A stretch of 63,710 nucleotides of DNA, filler included, from Chrysochromulina tobinii (taxonomy: Eukaryota): assembly GCA_001275005.1 (NCBI GenBank). It is 6 parts of 6 records of this genome, joined end to end, with 100 filler letters (N's around TTAATTAATTAA, not from the genome) between each part and the next. Parts side by side here need not be neighbours in the genome. Positions count along the whole stretch, not along the records: positions 31,909 to 45,684 come from JWZX01001383.1; 5 more parts are not named here. One strand, given 5' to 3'. Positions 34,104 to 43,808 of the stretch are shown piece by piece (the stretch's first letter is position 1; every line of letters starts with the position of its first letter). The position numbers and the translations under genes are program-made. The notes below the pieces were generated by a model that saw nothing but the letters and a program-made list of their open reading frames with translations, was not told where the DNA came from and made no database searches.

Positions 34104-37100
34104 ATGATGCACGCCAAGCTGGGGCTCATCTGCCTCGCGACTGCCGCTAGATTCGCCGCCGCTGCGGGCAACCAGCTTCTCGACCCCGAACTGGTCATGG
34201 TTCCGGCTCCTCTGCCGAATGAGCCTCCGATCCGTGCCAAGACTGAGGAAAACCAAAAGAGCCGTCTGTGGAGGGAGGACCACATCGTGTACCCGGAGTG
34301 GGTGGTTCCGGAGCAAAAGACCGGGATCGTGTCTGTGGCTGAGTCGCACCCCGTCGATGCCAAGGCGACGGCGCGCGCGGGCCGCCGCCGCCTTCAGGCT
34401 TCGTGCCCGCCCCCCCTCCCTCCGGCTCCGGTCGTCATTCCAACCTATTGCCCCGGCTATCCGAACTTGCCACTCCTCAACTCGACGATGGGCTTTTCGG
34501 GCATTCCGAGCACTCCTATTCTCGGTCAGCGGAATCTCACGACCGGCACTTACATCGATTCCGGCGGCGTCTTCGAGTGGACGTCCGGTTGCCCGGCGGC
34601 CATCAATCTTGGCAGCGGCGAGAACCTGTACACCAAGGTTTACCTCCAGCCCCGGTGGAAGCTCAAGTATGCCTGGGAGACGTCGCAGAGCTTCATCATG
34701 TTCCCCGACTGGCACCAGATCCCGTACTACTTCCCAGGTATAGCCCAGAATGTGGTCCTCCAACCGAGCATCACCTACTTCTATTTCGGCTCCTTGAACT
34801 CCGAGTATGTGTTCCAGCCTGTTCCGTCTCCTACGTTCCGAGACTTTTACCACCGCACGGCCAACTGGGTGCGCGCTGCCAAAGGCCCCCACCGCTCGTG
34901 CTGCACGATGCGCTGATCGCTAGTCGCGTTCTAACCCCGCACATGCGCGACCCCCGCCGCTCGTGCTGCACGATGCGCTGCTCGCACTCGCGTTCTAACC
35001 CCGCACATGCGCGAGCTTCCGCACGTACCCCCAAAATGATCTGACCGCCTACTCCGGTGTCACCCCCCCCTTCTCACTCAGGGCTGGTGCGGCGAGGCCT
35101 CGCCTGCGGCGGCGCGGGTCAACTGCACGGCAGGCACCTTCGGGCTCGCCAACTCGGGCTACGTGTACATGACCTGGCACGCCATAGCGGCCGGGTTCGC
35201 CTTTCCGGAGTCTCGGCTCACCGGCCGCATCACCGTCACGACCACCCCCCCGACCCCTCACGTATATCAAGCCCGAGCAGCATGACGCCCTCCGCGACAT
35301 CTACAACACCATGTGCAAGCCCACGCAGGACCAGCTGCCCATCTGGAACCTCAACTTGGCCGCGGGCAGCGTCAACCGCCACTGGACGCGAGCATTCTTC
35401 CGAGGCGGCGCGTACGCGAGGAACTACGGCAACGCCAACCCAACGTACCTCTACCTCGCCAACTACAGCACCACTGGCCGTGAGCTGGACACGGACGTGA
35501 TTCCCTACTGCGATTGGCTCTTCGCGACCCGCCTGGACTCGAACCCCGCGGACCGCACGGTGGTTCTCCCCATGCCGCCCGGCCTCGATGGTATCGGCAA
35601 CTGCGAGCGGATCAACTTCATCTTGTGCAATGCAGACGGCGACGTCATCGAGATCGACCTCGACAGTCTGGGCCTGACGGGCACGCTGCCAGCTTCGTTC
35701 GGTGCGTTCAACAAGCTCAAGAATCTCTACCTGCGCGAGAATACAATCTCCGGCACCCTCCCGCCCTCCCTCTTTGCCTCGTCCGAGCTCAAGAACGTCT
35801 TCCTCGGCAAGAACTTTTTCACCGGAACCATCCCATGCCCCACGCACCCCGAGCCCGTGCTGACGAGTATCTCGCTGGAGCGCAACTCGTTCACTGGGAC
35901 GCTGCCCGCCTGCCTGTTCACGGAGGCGCCCTACCTGCAGACCCTCGATCTGAGCTACCTCGACCTCGATACCACCATCCCCAACGCCATCCAGGAGGCC
36001 ACCGAGCTGGTCTCGCTCACCATGCGCCATGCCGGAATCGTCGGCAACCTGCCGCAGGAGATGAAGTGCAACGACAAGCTCCAGTGGGTGTCGCTCGAGC
36101 GCAACAAGATGTCTGGCACTGTGCCCAGCGACGTGGTCGGTGGCATGGCTGCCCTTTACGAGCTCGGACTCTCGTACAATGACTTCAGCGGCCCGATCCC
36201 CACGATCCCGAACACCTCCACGGGCTTCCGGCACCTGTACCTCGACCACAACCGATTCTCGGGGCAGTTCCAGACGCAGCTGGAGGGGTGGACGGCCAAC
36301 CTGGACGCATCAACAAGCTCGCGGCTCTACCTGGACCACAACGACCTCAGTGGCCCGCTGCCCACCTACCTCTACGACCTGATTTACGATGCGCACGGAA
36401 TTAACTCGCTCGCCATCAACGAGAATCACTTCCTGTGCGACCAGCAGCGAGGGGACTGGCCGGCGTGGGTCTTCCGCGTGGGCACGGGCGCGTTTGGCGT
36501 GTGCACCCCTCTGGCCATGGTGACCAGTGCCACCGTCCCCAACCCCGGAAGCATCGTGGTCACGGGCGCCAACTTTGTCGCCAGCCCTGAGCTCAAGTGC
36601 AAGCTCATCAACTCGGTGACCTCCGTTGCTACGATCGTTAATGCCGCGTACCGCTCGCCGACGGAGGTTGAGTGCATTGCGCCGACCATTGCGCCGACCA
36701 TGACCTACGCCGTGCAGGTGGCCAACTATGGCACCGACTTCTACTCGCCTGCCCTCGCGGGGTCGGCATACGTGATGCGTTCAGTTGTGATCCCAGCCGA
36801 TCCTGCACGGACTGTGACGACTTCATTCGTAGCCTCGGGCGACGTCTCGTCCTACACCGCGGCCCGCCAGGCCGCAATGCGCGCCGCCTTCGCGGCGCGG
36901 GCGGGTGTCCCCTTGGAAAGCGTCGTCCTCTCGGTCACCGCCGCGTCGGTGAACATCAATCTCGAGATCGTGTACCCCACTGCGACTGCGGCCGCGGGTG
37001 CAGCCGTTGCCCTCACGGCCGCCGGAGGTGCCTTCCAGAGCACAGCATCGCTCCAGGCGGTGCTCAGGAACGCGGGTGTGCCGGTGACCGTCACGGAGAT

Positions 37101-37368
37101 CACGTCTGCTCCACAGGTGGTCCAGCAGAATCTCTCGAGCGGCACGGTCAAGGAGGTGCTCTCGCTCGGCGGTATCATCGCGATCGTCGTGTCGGTGGTC
37201 GTCGCGTTCCTCCTGTGCCTCTGCGCCTCGACTCTCATCCAGCGCGAGCGTGCCGGCAAGCCCGTCTTCTCACCCGTGGGCGGCGGCGTCGGGGCTGTCA
37301 AGCCCTCGGCCACCGCGACGTCGAGTAGCACTGGCCGTAGCACTGTCGCTGGTGAGCACAAGCTCTAA
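34104..37368 (+). CDS. LRR receptor-like type I membrane protein (signal peptide, plant-type LRRs, IPT-like and SEA-like segments, TM, short tail); intron 34869-35081 and apparent frameshift at the C7 run 35245-35251
   Basis: LxxLxLxxNxxxGxxP repeats (LTGTLPASF, NTISGTLP, NDFSGPIP); LRRNT-like EQHDALRDIY; TM GIIAIVVSVVVAFLLCLCA. Confidence 0.8.
34892..35014 (+). repeat. 65-bp-period tandem duplication inside the LRR-gene intron
   Basis: ccgctcgtgctgcacgatgcgctg...tcgcgttctaaccccgcacatgcgcga occurs twice. Confidence 0.85.
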
Positions 37369-38152
37369 GCGGCAAGCCTTGAAGACACACTTTGCGAAGA
37401 CCGTGCGAGGCGATGAGCAGCTCTCTGAAGGCCATCTGAGAACGAGCTACAACACACGGAGAACGAGATCCAAGGTTCGGGATGAAAGACGCATGTGCGC
37501 CGTCGACCTGGCCAGGATTCGCGACGTGGCGCGTCAGCATTCCCAAGGGTCGAAAGCTCGGCCACGGAACTGCCAAGGGTTGGGCCACGATCCAGGGCAA
37601 AGGGTTGGGCGGGGCGGAATGGTGTCACGCTGCGCATGCCGACCTCGGCATCTGATGCCGACATCTCAGAGTCGATAGGGTAAGGGGCACCTGTGGGGAG
37701 TTAGTGCCGTTCGAGCGGCGCGCTCACATCTTAGGACAACGACCCGGAGTCGGGGACAAGCGAACGTTGGCCGCCATGCGTGCAGCACCTGATTGGAGGT
37801 TGCACCGCAGCTGGCCCATCCTTGCAGCTGTGCTGGTGTACCATGTTGCGATCGGATCCGATCGCGTCAAAAACAAAATTCGCCCGACGCCAAACTGGTA
37901 TCTCCGCTTCCGCTGTTCCGCCGCGTATCCCAGCATTAAGCGTCGACCTCGTCCGCACACGTCACTCGTCCGACATCCTCATCTACAGGTATACTGTATC
38001 CCTACACCCTGGAAGCAGGAGCTTGCTTGCTTACATCCTGGGAGAACTGGCTGATACAACGCGACGTGCGATTCTGAATGTTGTCAACTCCAACATGCGT
38101 GTTAACGTTCACACCACACAGGGATGTGAGCCGACGCACGAAAGGCGAGTTG

Positions 38153-39358
38153 ATGCGCTCGCACGACATCGTGCTCTGGGGATGCACGGGCTTCACTGGC
38201 AGCCTGGTTGCCCGGTACTTTGCTCAGACAGTCGCTCCGCAATGGCCCGAGCTACGATGGGCCCTTGCGGGCCGAAGCCAAGCCAAGCTTCTCAAGCTTG
38301 CGGCTTCCTTGGGTGGACCGCCGATCATAGTCGCCGACGCCACCTCGCCAGACGACGTGGCCCGCGTCGCCTCCAACACGCGCGTGCTGCTCTCCACGGC
38401 CGGTCCTTATGCACTGTACGGTTCTCCTCTCGTTGAAGCTTGCGCCGTCTATGGCACCGGCTATGTGGACATCAACGGCGAGACTGGATGGCACCGCCAA
38501 ATGATCGACAAGTACGATGCCACCGCCCGAGCCAGCGGCTCCGTGTTGGTGCCGTCGTCTGGCTTCGACTCCATTCCGAGCGATCTCGGTGCGCAGTGGA
38601 TGGCCGAACGTGTCTTTGAGCGCTGCGGGCAACCGACGCGGCGCATCTCGTGCTATGTGTCGCTCAAAGGCGAGTTCTCTGGTGGGACGATTGCATCCAG
38701 CATCCTGAGCGACGAGAAGTTCGGGGCGGACTATCTGGCCAACCCCTTCCTCCTGGGCGGCATGCCGCAATCGGGTCGGATGCGTGACGAGCACATGGAC
38801 CTCACGAGCGCAGGCTTCGATGAGCAGATCCGGTCTGCTGTGGCGCCCTTTGGCATGGCTCCCATCAACACGCGCATCGTGCGTCGCTCGGTCGGGTTGC
38901 TCGAAGCAAGCGATCCCAAGAGGGCCGCATCCCTCTTTAGCCGTGACTTTTGCTACCGCGAGCTCGCCCTCGCTCCCAGCGCCGAGGTGGCTGCCAAGAT
39001 GGCGAAGGCCGCCTCCGCCCCGGCCACGAAGATCAAGGAGCTCGTCGCTAAGGGACGTCTCCCGACCCCAGGCCAAGGCCCATCAGCGGCCACCCGCTCC
39101 CAGTCGTGGTTCCAATTCACGCTCATCGCCGAGGCTGCGGACGGCTCCCTCCAGCTCGCAGGCAAGATCTCGGGCGGAGATCCTGGCTATGACGAGACCG
39201 CGAAGATGGTGGCGGAGGCCGCTGTATGCCTGGCCACGCAGAGTGCGCCGCCGAGCCAAGGGGGGGGCTTCATGACGCCCGCGACCGCCCTCGGCGCACC
39301 ACTCCGCGAGCGGCTGCACGTGCAAGGGATCCGATTCGAAGACATGCCGGTGCCATGA
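38153..39358 (+). CDS. Saccharopine dehydrogenase-like oxidoreductase (SCCPDH-like)
   Basis: IVLWGCTGFTG, ALAGRS, AGPYALYG, YVDINGE, GFDSIPSDLG, SGGT, GDPGYDETAKM. Confidence 0.9.
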   Translation: MRSHDIVLWGCTGFTGSLVARYFAQTVAPQWPELRWALAGRSQAKLLKLAASLGGPPIIVADATSPDDVARVASNTRVLLSTAGPYALYGSPLVEACAVYGTGYVDINGETGWHRQMIDKYDATARASGSVLVPSSGFDSIPSDLGAQWMAERVFERCGQPTRRISCYVSLKGEFSGGTIASSILSDEKFGADYLANPFLLGGMPQSGRMRDEHMDLTSAGFDEQIRSAVAPFGMAPINTRIVRRSVGLLEASDPKRAASLFSRDFCYRELALAPSAEVAAKMAKAASAPATKIKELVAKGRLPTPGQGPSAATRSQSWFQFTLIAEAADGSLQLAGKISGGDPGYDETAKMVAEAAVCLATQSAPPSQGGGFMTPATALGAPLRERLHVQGIRFEDMPVP

Positions 39359-39616
39359 AGATGATTGTGCTGATCGGTGCGTGAAGACCGAGAGTTGCAA
39401 CACGAAATTTGGGAGCATTTTGCCGCGCGCCATCTTTCTCAACACCATGAACGCCACGTGACTTAGAACCACGGGCCACGCTCCGCCGGCGCAACGCACA
39501 GCAGTCACTCGTCGCTTCCGGGCCAGGGACCCAACACATAATTTAGAACACTGCATGCTGCGCACTCTCTGGCTCTTCCGCGGCCGCCGCCGCCACTTGC
39601 GCTCACAGCGGGCGCC

Positions 39617-40459
39617 TCAGTACGAACCCACTTGCCCAAGGCGCAGCTGGAAACGGCCCGCCGGCACGTCCGCCATCACTGCGCCCGACGCGCTCTCGAA
39701 TCGACTGAGCATGAAGCCGAGCTGCTGCACTTGGTCGCCCCTAATCGGCGCCGCATCGCGTACCGGCATGCCTCGAAAGGTGGGCTTGAAGGCGCTCCAG
39801 GGCAGCCGGACGGTCGTCATTTCAGTGGAGACCACTGGCAGGCTCGCCTGGTACATGACGCCGTCCATACCCGCATCAGCCTTCACGCAAACCTTGTAGC
39901 CCGATCGACCATCGCTAGCGCACGTGAGCATCAAGCCCGAGGAGGAGGCCCACGAGCGCGGCACGGAGGCTGGCAGCAGTGCTCGCACGCTCGCAAACCC
40001 GCCGTTCGCGACCACCAGCGTGCCCTCAAAAGAGCTCTCGCCGTCGTCGTAGCTCCTAAGTGTGGAGCGGCTGCTGCCGCCCATCACGCGGTCGTCTACG
40101 GTTGCCCACTGCAGAGTGCGGTCGCCGATGTTCATCATCGATCCAGTAGTGCCCACAGCCGCAGCGGTAGTGGGAACTGGGTCCACGGTGAATCCCCTCG
40201 ATGCGGTCGATCTGCCGCTTTGGAGCTCACGCAGCACGGCATCGAGGGCATGTCGCAGCACCCACGCCCTGTCCGAAGAACTCCGGGTACTCATGGCTTT
40301 GTCGAGTGAAGCTTGCAGCATAGGCGACATGGATGGGACGCTTTGGCAAAGCGTCACGACGGTGTCTGCGTATACGCTAGCACACCCGTCGGCATCGCCG
40401 CCGTTGAAGAGGGGCACCCCGATGGAGATGGCCTGCGTGATGAGGCGAACCGGGTCCAT
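39617..40459 (-). CDS. CIA30 (complex I intermediate-associated protein 30)-domain protein with extra N-terminal helical domain
   Basis: WATVDDRVMGGSSRS, FEGTL...NGGFASVR, DGR..YK, LPWSAFKPTFRG. Confidence 0.85.
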   Translation of the reverse strand: MDPVRLITQAISIGVPLFNGGDADGCASVYADTVVTLCQSVPSMSPMLQASLDKAMSTRSSSDRAWVLRHALDAVLRELQSGRSTASRGFTVDPVPTTAAAVGTTGSMMNIGDRTLQWATVDDRVMGGSSRSTLRSYDDGESSFEGTLVVANGGFASVRALLPASVPRSWASSSGLMLTCASDGRSGYKVCVKADAGMDGVMYQASLPVVSTEMTTVRLPWSAFKPTFRGMPVRDAAPIRGDQVQQLGFMLSRFESASGAVMADVPAGRFQLRLGQVGSY

Positions 40460-40854
40460 GGCGAGCTCTGAGGCGTTGAAGGCCTTCGACCCCCCTGGCT
40501 GCTGGCCGCTCCGAAGCGGCGGCGAGCGCGTATCGCTGCGCTGGAGCCGCTGGGCGGCTATCGACGAGGCGGACGTCGCGGGCGGCGAGAAGAAGATCGA
40601 AGCTGTCTCGCGGAGTCCGCGCCAGGCGAGCACAACTTGGGGTGTTTGAAGATCACGATGACGCACGTGGACAATGATCACCAAATCCCCTGCAAGGGGC
40701 ACGTCACACGACGGTTTCACAAGCAATCCTTTTCCATAAATGGACGGCGGACACCCCAAAAACTGGAAGACCCGGTCAACGGTGCGCCACCTCCACGACG
40801 AGACGGACAAGCTCTCACCGCCCGAGTAGGCTTTGAAGCCAGGGCCGTGCCGCC

Positions 40855-41628
40855 ATGGTGTTAAATTTTGACGATGCTCGCCGGATCGCCGCCAGTCGCA
40901 TGTCTGCTGCACGTGCGCGGAACGGCTGGCCCACCCCTCGCAGCTCTGCCAGGAGGTGGGACTATTTCAGTCCAGCCAAGCAGCCCAGTCCACCCAAGCA
41001 GCCGTCACTCTCAGCCAGGCGAATGGATGTTTTCAGTGCACCAAAGCGGCCATCGCCGCTCGAGGTGCCAAAGCAGCCCAGCCCTTCGACTTCGTCGTCG
41101 CCGCAACGACCCCACCAATCTCCGCTCGAAAGATTGCCCGACGACGGCGGAGTGCTATCGCCGGGCCTTTCCACGAAGAAGAAAAGTCCACAGCGACTTG
41201 AGTTGGAGGCCGAGCTCCTCTTTAGAGCTGAGGAGGAGTACACCCAGGACTACAGCCCCGGGGCGTGGGGAGTCCACTCCTGGAGCGACGACGACACCGC
41301 GGGACCACAAATTGACCCGGACAATCTATTGGCGCGCGAGCGGCTCAAGTGGGCGGCGGAGGGCGCTTCGCCGCACATTGACCCGGATAATCTGTTGGCG
41401 CGCGAGCGGCTCAAGTGGGAAGCGGCGGGCGCTTCGCCGCACATTGACCCGGATAATCTATTGGCGCGCGAGCGGCTCAAGTGGGAATCGGCGTGGGCGG
41501 GGACAGACGACGCCGACGCCGGCACGCAGGCAACTTGGTTCGGTGCGCTCTGTCGATGTTTAGGGGCGCCGACCAGCGTGCAAGCAAAGCCGCGCCGACG
41601 ATATGATTTGGACCGATATTCTGCGTAG
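40855..41628 (+). CDS. Hypothetical protein with three 22-aa repeats
   Basis: 257-aa ATG ORF; 66-bp tandem unit keeps the frame. Confidence 0.6.
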   Translation: MVLNFDDARRIAASRMSAARARNGWPTPRSSARRWDYFSPAKQPSPPKQPSLSARRMDVFSAPKRPSPLEVPKQPSPSTSSSPQRPHQSPLERLPDDGGVLSPGLSTKKKSPQRLELEAELLFRAEEEYTQDYSPGAWGVHSWSDDDTAGPQIDPDNLLARERLKWAAEGASPHIDPDNLLARERLKWEAAGASPHIDPDNLLARERLKWESAWAGTDDADAGTQATWFGALCRCLGAPTSVQAKPRRRYDLDRYSA

Positions 41629-41704
41629 AAGTAGAAATGTCAAGACACGAAATTACCGTTCACAAAGGTATCACCTATCATTCCTATCAAACACGTCTTT
41701 CGTA

Positions 41705-42604
41705 CTAAAATTTCGCGGTTTCGAGGAGCGTGGGACCGGCACGCGGCGGCGGCCGGATGGGCAGCGGCCCATAGTCGTTGTACGAGCGGCCGAGCGGCTT
41801 TTTGTTGGACCAGTACACGGCGCGGGCGTCGTATTGTCCGACGCCGGGCGTGGATGCGCTCCTTTCGAGTCGTTTCGCAGCCATCGTGATCGCCGGCGAA
41901 CTGGGCAGCACGGCGAGATGTGCACGCTCATATTCTCCCGCCACGTGCGGGCCGGGCGAAGCTACATACTTCTTGTGCACGTACCGTTGCGCCATGGTGT
42001 ACATGGGGGGCGGCGCTATCGTCTGCGACTTGTACGAGTCGTGATGATTGTACTGCGTCGGCGTCGGCGTGTGACAGTAACGGCGCGTCGGCGACGTTTC
42101 GGGGCCACTGTCGCCGAAGCGGTCGTCAGTGCCCATTAAGGCAGCGCGCTTCGATACGGGCGAGGGTATGACGTAGTCATGCGTGCCGGGCGTGCGTTCG
42201 CGGCGGAGGGCGTGTTTCTTCGCGATCGTGAACGAGGCCGAGTTGGTCTTTCGGCTGTCCACCTGCGGTCCGACTGCAGCTGCCATCGTGACGAGCTCCG
42301 AGGGCCGGATGGGCGTGTCGTCGCCCGCGGTACTGCCGCCGAAGGAGCGTGTGCTCGCGGTCCCAGTCGAATAACGCCCAGACATGATCGGCTGAATGCG
42401 CGAAAAGGAGGCTGTGACGCCGCTGAGGTTGGAGTGGTCGAAGCCGAGTACAGCCTCCGTATTGTAATCGCCAGGGCCCGGCACTTTGAACGAATCCTTT
42501 GCGTGGAATGCAATTCGGTGAACCGCCAGGTTTTCGAGTCGCTTGCTCGAGCCTCCAAACGAGCCAGGTCCGCCAGGCGACTTGGGCACATCGAAGGAGG
42601 CCAT
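41705..42604 (-). CDS. SHIPPO/ODF3-like PG-rich repeat (axonemal) protein
   Basis: VPGPGDY, TPGTHDY, TPTPTQY, SPGPH, TPGVGQY, several preceded by FTI/YTM/ITM segments. Confidence 0.75.
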   Translation of the reverse strand: MASFDVPKSPGGPGSFGGSSKRLENLAVHRIAFHAKDSFKVPGPGDYNTEAVLGFDHSNLSGVTASFSRIQPIMSGRYSTGTASTRSFGGSTAGDDTPIRPSELVTMAAAVGPQVDSRKTNSASFTIAKKHALRRERTPGTHDYVIPSPVSKRAALMGTDDRFGDSGPETSPTRRYCHTPTPTQYNHHDSYKSQTIAPPPMYTMAQRYVHKKYVASPGPHVAGEYERAHLAVLPSSPAITMAAKRLERSASTPGVGQYDARAVYWSNKKPLGRSYNDYGPLPIRPPPRAGPTLLETAKF

Positions 42605-42728
42605 GTCTTCTCGTGCGGAGTGTGGATCGGTTTTGTTTCGTTCGTTTTCGCATCTGAAACCGCCACACTGAAACCGCCACTCTGTCTGTCCAGGAAGGAC
42701 AAAGCTCTCCCCAAAATCCGGCGACTGC

Positions 42729-43683
42729 TCACCACGTGACCTTCGGCGTGGCCCACGAGCACTCCTGCGACTCAATGCCGAGGTTATCGATACCACGTAC
42801 GAGCCGGAACCAGCCCTGCTCGCCCCAGTAGACGCCCCAGCTGTTGCGGATGAGCCAGTAGTCGACTCCTTCGTCTGTCGTGCCATACCCGGCGACCTCG
42901 ATGTCGTGCTCGAGCCCCTTGGCGCCCGTCGTATCATGGAATACGCCGCCAGTGTATTCCTCAAGAGCGGCGGGCACTGCGATCGTGCACGTGATCGGAC
43001 CGCGAGCCGCAATCTCCGCCATCATGTTCTCGCTGCCGAAGACCTGGCCGTGCTCCTCGGCAAACCACAGCGGAGGGTCCTGCACGGCCCAGCAGCCCTT
43101 GCCCGGCGCGCAGTTCATGCAGATGTGCATGTCCGTGCACTCGCCCGGCGCTGCAACGCCTTGAGCGATGTAGTTCTGGCACGATTCGTCTGGCACGCCC
43201 TTCTCCGCGATGTACGCGAATGCCGCCGTGGTGTCGCCGCCCGAGCAGCCGTGAGAGTGGTTCAGACCCGACTTGGGGTCCGCTGCAGTCACGCAGTGGA
43301 TGAGCACCTGTGGCGCTAGGTGCACGAAGGGTGTGGATCCATTTCTCAGGATGTTGATCCGGTCGGAGAGCGCACTCGTCGCGGCGTGCGCCCAGCACGA
43401 GCCGCAGTACTGAGGAATATGCTGGTTGCGGTTGTCGGTCCTGCGTGAGCAGTCACGCTTGCGGCTCAGCATCACGGGCAGGCGTTTGGTGGTTCGAGAT
43501 CAACTGCGCTCTTAACGCGAGAGACTTGCCATTCAGATCGCGGATGTCGTACGATTTGGGCAGGTCAGACGGCTTCAAGTATGTATGCGGAAGTGGCGAC
43601 TTGATTATGGATGCCTTCGGCGATGGCGACACCTCGCGATGGCCGTGATTGTATGCGGCCGCTGTGAGCACGACGCTGAGCAT
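42729..43683 (-). CDS. CTSZ: Cathepsin Z/X (papain family C1A); exons 43683-43517 and 43440-42729
   Basis: LPKSYDIR, RNQHIPQYCGSCWAH (HIP insertion typical of cathepsin X), EHDIEVAGYG, YWLIRNSWG; intron GTTAAG...CAG at 43516-43441. Confidence 0.93.
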
Positions 43684-43808
43684 CTCCGACTGAAGGGCAG
43701 CGCGCGCGCGCTGTTCCCCTGGCAAGTGAGTAGCCAAGTTTGGACGGTACCGGTACCGGTAAAAAGACACCGGGGGGAGCCGGGACACACCGGTACGTCG
43801 AAACGTAT

